The notes under the pieces were generated by a model. That model did not search any database and was not told where the DNA came from. It worked only from the letters and a program-made list of their open reading frames with translations. The translations under genes and the position numbers were made by a program. From positions 1 through 35,755 of IMG/VR virus record IMGVR_UViG_3300029775_000010: 35,755 bases of DNA. The stretch is one strand, 5' to 3'. Of the stretch, positions 33,935 to 35,755 are shown one piece after another. Numbering within the stretch: the first letter of the stretch is position 1; each line of letters begins with the position of its first letter. The DNA comes from a virus. Taxonomy: Duplodnaviria; Caudoviricetes.

Positions 33935-34594
33935 CTAAATTTCTTTGTTTGCGCGTGCTTTGAGAATGACACCGATAGCCTGTTTCTTTTCCAGATATTC
34001 GGCTCGTTTTTCGTCATCTAAGACGTTCTGCAAACCCTTGTTGATACCGAGAATCATCGCTTGCAACGTGCCGTTGGGGATTTCACCGTACTTCACGCCC
34101 TCGCTGTTTTCAATAGCCACAGCGCGCTCGATTGTCATGATGTCGTCATCGGATTTCGGCGCAGGCTTAGCCGTTCTAACTGGCTTGCTGACCGGCTTGC
34201 TTTCGTTGCCGTCGGTGTCCTCATCGGAGTACATACCTAAGATTCCGGCAATAGAGTAGCGTCTCAAATATGTTATGATTGAGCCAGCCACTTGAGCTGC
34301 GGACTTGCCTTTTTCATCATCGGCGTTCATGCTTAGTCTTGTGCTGATCCATTCGCCTGACTGGTGCATGAGTACGGTTTCAATGCCAACCTGGTCGCCT
34401 TCTGAATAAGGCAGTTGCGATACCGCTAAACCGTGTTTTCCGAGAACCGGTTTGGCGGTGTCTATTATTGAGCCTAAACTCGCGTACTCGTTTTTCAAAA
34501 ACGGATTCTTCGAGTCAAACTTTGCAGCAGGCATTTCAACCTGTGCGCGGGATAGAGCGTCCGCCAGCTTTGCGATTGATTCTGATTTGTTCAT
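33935..34594 (-). CDS. erf: ERF-superfamily single-strand annealing protein
   Basis: AL..AQ...KNPFLKNEYASL...HQSGEWI...Q.AGS.ITYLRRY...DEDTDG. Confidence 0.92.
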   Translation of the reverse strand: MNKSESIAKLADALSRAQVEMPAAKFDSKNPFLKNEYASLGSIIDTAKPVLGKHGLAVSQLPYSEGDQVGIETVLMHQSGEWISTRLSMNADDEKGKSAAQVAGSIITYLRRYSIAGILGMYSDEDTDGNESKPVSKPVRTAKPAPKSDDDIMTIERAVAIENSEGVKYGEIPNGTLQAMILGINKGLQNVLDDEKRAEYLEKKQAIGVILKARANKEI

Positions 34595-34866
34595 CGTACC
34601 TGCTCCTTTTCTGTAATAAGATTTTCTTGCCAGTCGTTCCAGATTCGTGTCTTGATTTTTTCTAAATGCTGGATTTCATCTTCGATCTCATCCAGTTCAA
34701 TTTTTGGCAGTGGTACATAATCGCACAATCTCAGGTGGCGACCCCACAACTCGTCAATTTTGCTTTCAACTCTCAACAACTCTGCAGGTTTGCCGTGCCA
34801 GTTAGGCTTTGGCCAATAAAATAAGTCTGGATCTCTGTCTGTTACGCCAATTCCGAGAACGGTCAT
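34591..34866 (-). CDS. hypothetical protein
   Basis: ATGA-coupled on both sides; GGAGG RBS. Confidence 0.6.
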   Translation of the reverse strand: MTVLGIGVTDRDPDLFYWPKPNWHGKPAELLRVESKIDELWGRHLRLCDYVPLPKIELDEIEDEIQHLEKIKTRIWNDWQENLITEKEQVR

Positions 34867-34970
34867 CTTCCCCTCCGCTCACGTCTTGTCTCGATGATGC
34901 CGGTCACGACAGCGGCAATCATCATCGGTATGCAGATAATTCCTAATCCTACGAAAAACTCTGCTAACAT
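34863..34970 (-). CDS. 35-aa single-TM micro-protein (not in the ORF track)
   Basis: MLAEFFVGLGIICIPMMIAAVVTGIIETRRERRGR; AGGAG RBS; overlaps both neighbours. Confidence 0.6.
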   Translation of the reverse strand: MLAEFFVGLGIICIPMMIAAVVTGIIETRRERRGR

Positions 34971-35347
34971 TTCTGCTCCTCGTCTGGTAAATAAACTAAG
35001 CGGTACCCACCTGTACCTGAATGGAAACTCTTGTACTCGCCCGGATATTCATCTCGTTCCTCATAAAACGGACACTCTATTTTTCTGGTAGGTCTATTTT
35101 CGTACCAGTCTGTGCCCTCACCATCTTGCCACCATAAATCATGTTTCTCTACACAGTGCGGAGTTCCCGGAAAATACAACCCAGAATAACCGACCTCCTG
35201 TTCGTCAATGAACAAACCACAAGTAAAACAGGCTCGATTATCTGGATTGTGATAACACGTGTGCTGTTCGTGGTTACGAATACCCCACTCTGTAATCAAT
35301 ATCTTGTTGCAGTAAGAACACTTATAACGAATTACTTTTTCACTCAT
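34964..35347 (-). CDS. hypothetical Cys/His-rich (zinc-binding) protein
   Basis: YKCSYC...HE..C..NP.NRACFTC; GAGGAG RBS. Confidence 0.7.
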   Translation of the reverse strand: MSEKVIRYKCSYCNKILITEWGIRNHEQHTCYHNPDNRACFTCGLFIDEQEVGYSGLYFPGTPHCVEKHDLWWQDGEGTDWYENRPTRKIECPFYEERDEYPGEYKSFHSGTGGYRLVYLPDEEQKC

Positions 35348-35359
35348 CGTTGCTCCTCT

Positions 35360-35575
35360 CTAAAATGGGATTGTTGGATCGTCTGCCATAGGATTCGGCT
35401 TGAATTCCTTCTGACAGCGTAAACAGGTGAACGTGCGTTGGTGTCGGCGCAACTTGCGCTCGCTCAAAACTACGTTCAGCGCGGTGATTTCATAACCGCA
35501 ATGCGGACAAGGTGGATTGTGTGGGGTTGATTCGGAATCTTGCTTGATGAGGTACTGATCTGATCGGTCTTGCAT
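35360..35575 (-). CDS. small zinc-ribbon protein
   Basis: CPHCG...CLRC; C-terminal DPTIPF; AAGGAG RBS. Confidence 0.65.
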   Translation of the reverse strand: MQDRSDQYLIKQDSESTPHNPPCPHCGYEITALNVVLSERKLRRHQRTFTCLRCQKEFKPNPMADDPTIPF

Positions 35576-35623
35576 TCTGCTCCTTTTCTAATCCAGAATT
35601 TTGCAATTAATCTAACTATGCTT

Positions 35624-35651
35624 ATTATACGCCATTGCGAATTAATGTCAA
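35624..35651 (-). promoter_or_regulatory. strong sigma70-type early promoter
   Basis: TTGACA (35651-35646)-16 nt-TATAAT (35629-35624) upstream of the early operon. Confidence 0.75.
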
Positions 35652-35755
35652 GGGAATTCCTTGACCAATTTTGAATATTCGTCAAGGCTTCGCCAGTCGA
35701 TAATTGGTGATTTTGACCCCCTGCCGGATATTTGCCCTCGCGTGCCCAAGATTTT

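Noticed and set aside
33900-33935. HDV-like/theta ribozyme (CCTCCTC loop)
   Set aside because: No P3 closing stem or nested double pseudoknot can be drawn.
2253-35422. Many plus-strand ORFs antisense to phage genes, and long N-terminal extensions in the ORF track (e.g. 25144, 30092, 33615, 16043)
   Set aside because: They shadow well-supported minus-strand genes and lack RBS or motifs; starts were trimmed to RBS-supported or coupled codons.

Overview
This window is most of a tailed dsDNA phage (siphovirus-type) genome or prophage, almost all on the minus strand. From right to left it runs: early recombination/replication genes (ERF, Gp157-like, replication initiator with iterons, SSB), pentapeptide and tetrapeptide repeat proteins, a PD-(D/E)XK nuclease, a beta-class DNA methyltransferase, a putative late-gene control region, holin-like genes, HNH/terminase, portal fused to a MuF-like domain, a free-standing GIY-YIG endonuclease, HK97 protease and capsid, an A118-like neck/tail module with two tandem tail-tube paralogs, tail-tip/fibre genes, a GH25-SH3-C39 endolysin and accessory genes. 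A short plus-strand block of small ORFs converges on this from the left end. The SSB suggests an Anaerolineae (Chloroflexota) host; this is an inference from recalled sequence style. Four signals stand out. (1) A complete HNH endonuclease gene with its own consensus promoter and RBS is nested out of frame inside the methyltransferase ORF, which stays open across it with no intron or intein signature. (2) A type II hammerhead ribozyme lies at 873-940 between small ORFs that share a duplicated N-terminus. (3) A DUF2292-like micro-ORF, a boxA-like motif and a terminator sit in front of the late genes. (4) The tail-tube gene is duplicated. No integrase, repressor, tRNA, CRISPR array or reverse transcriptase was recognised. 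All calls come from reading the sequence by eye; no searches were run.
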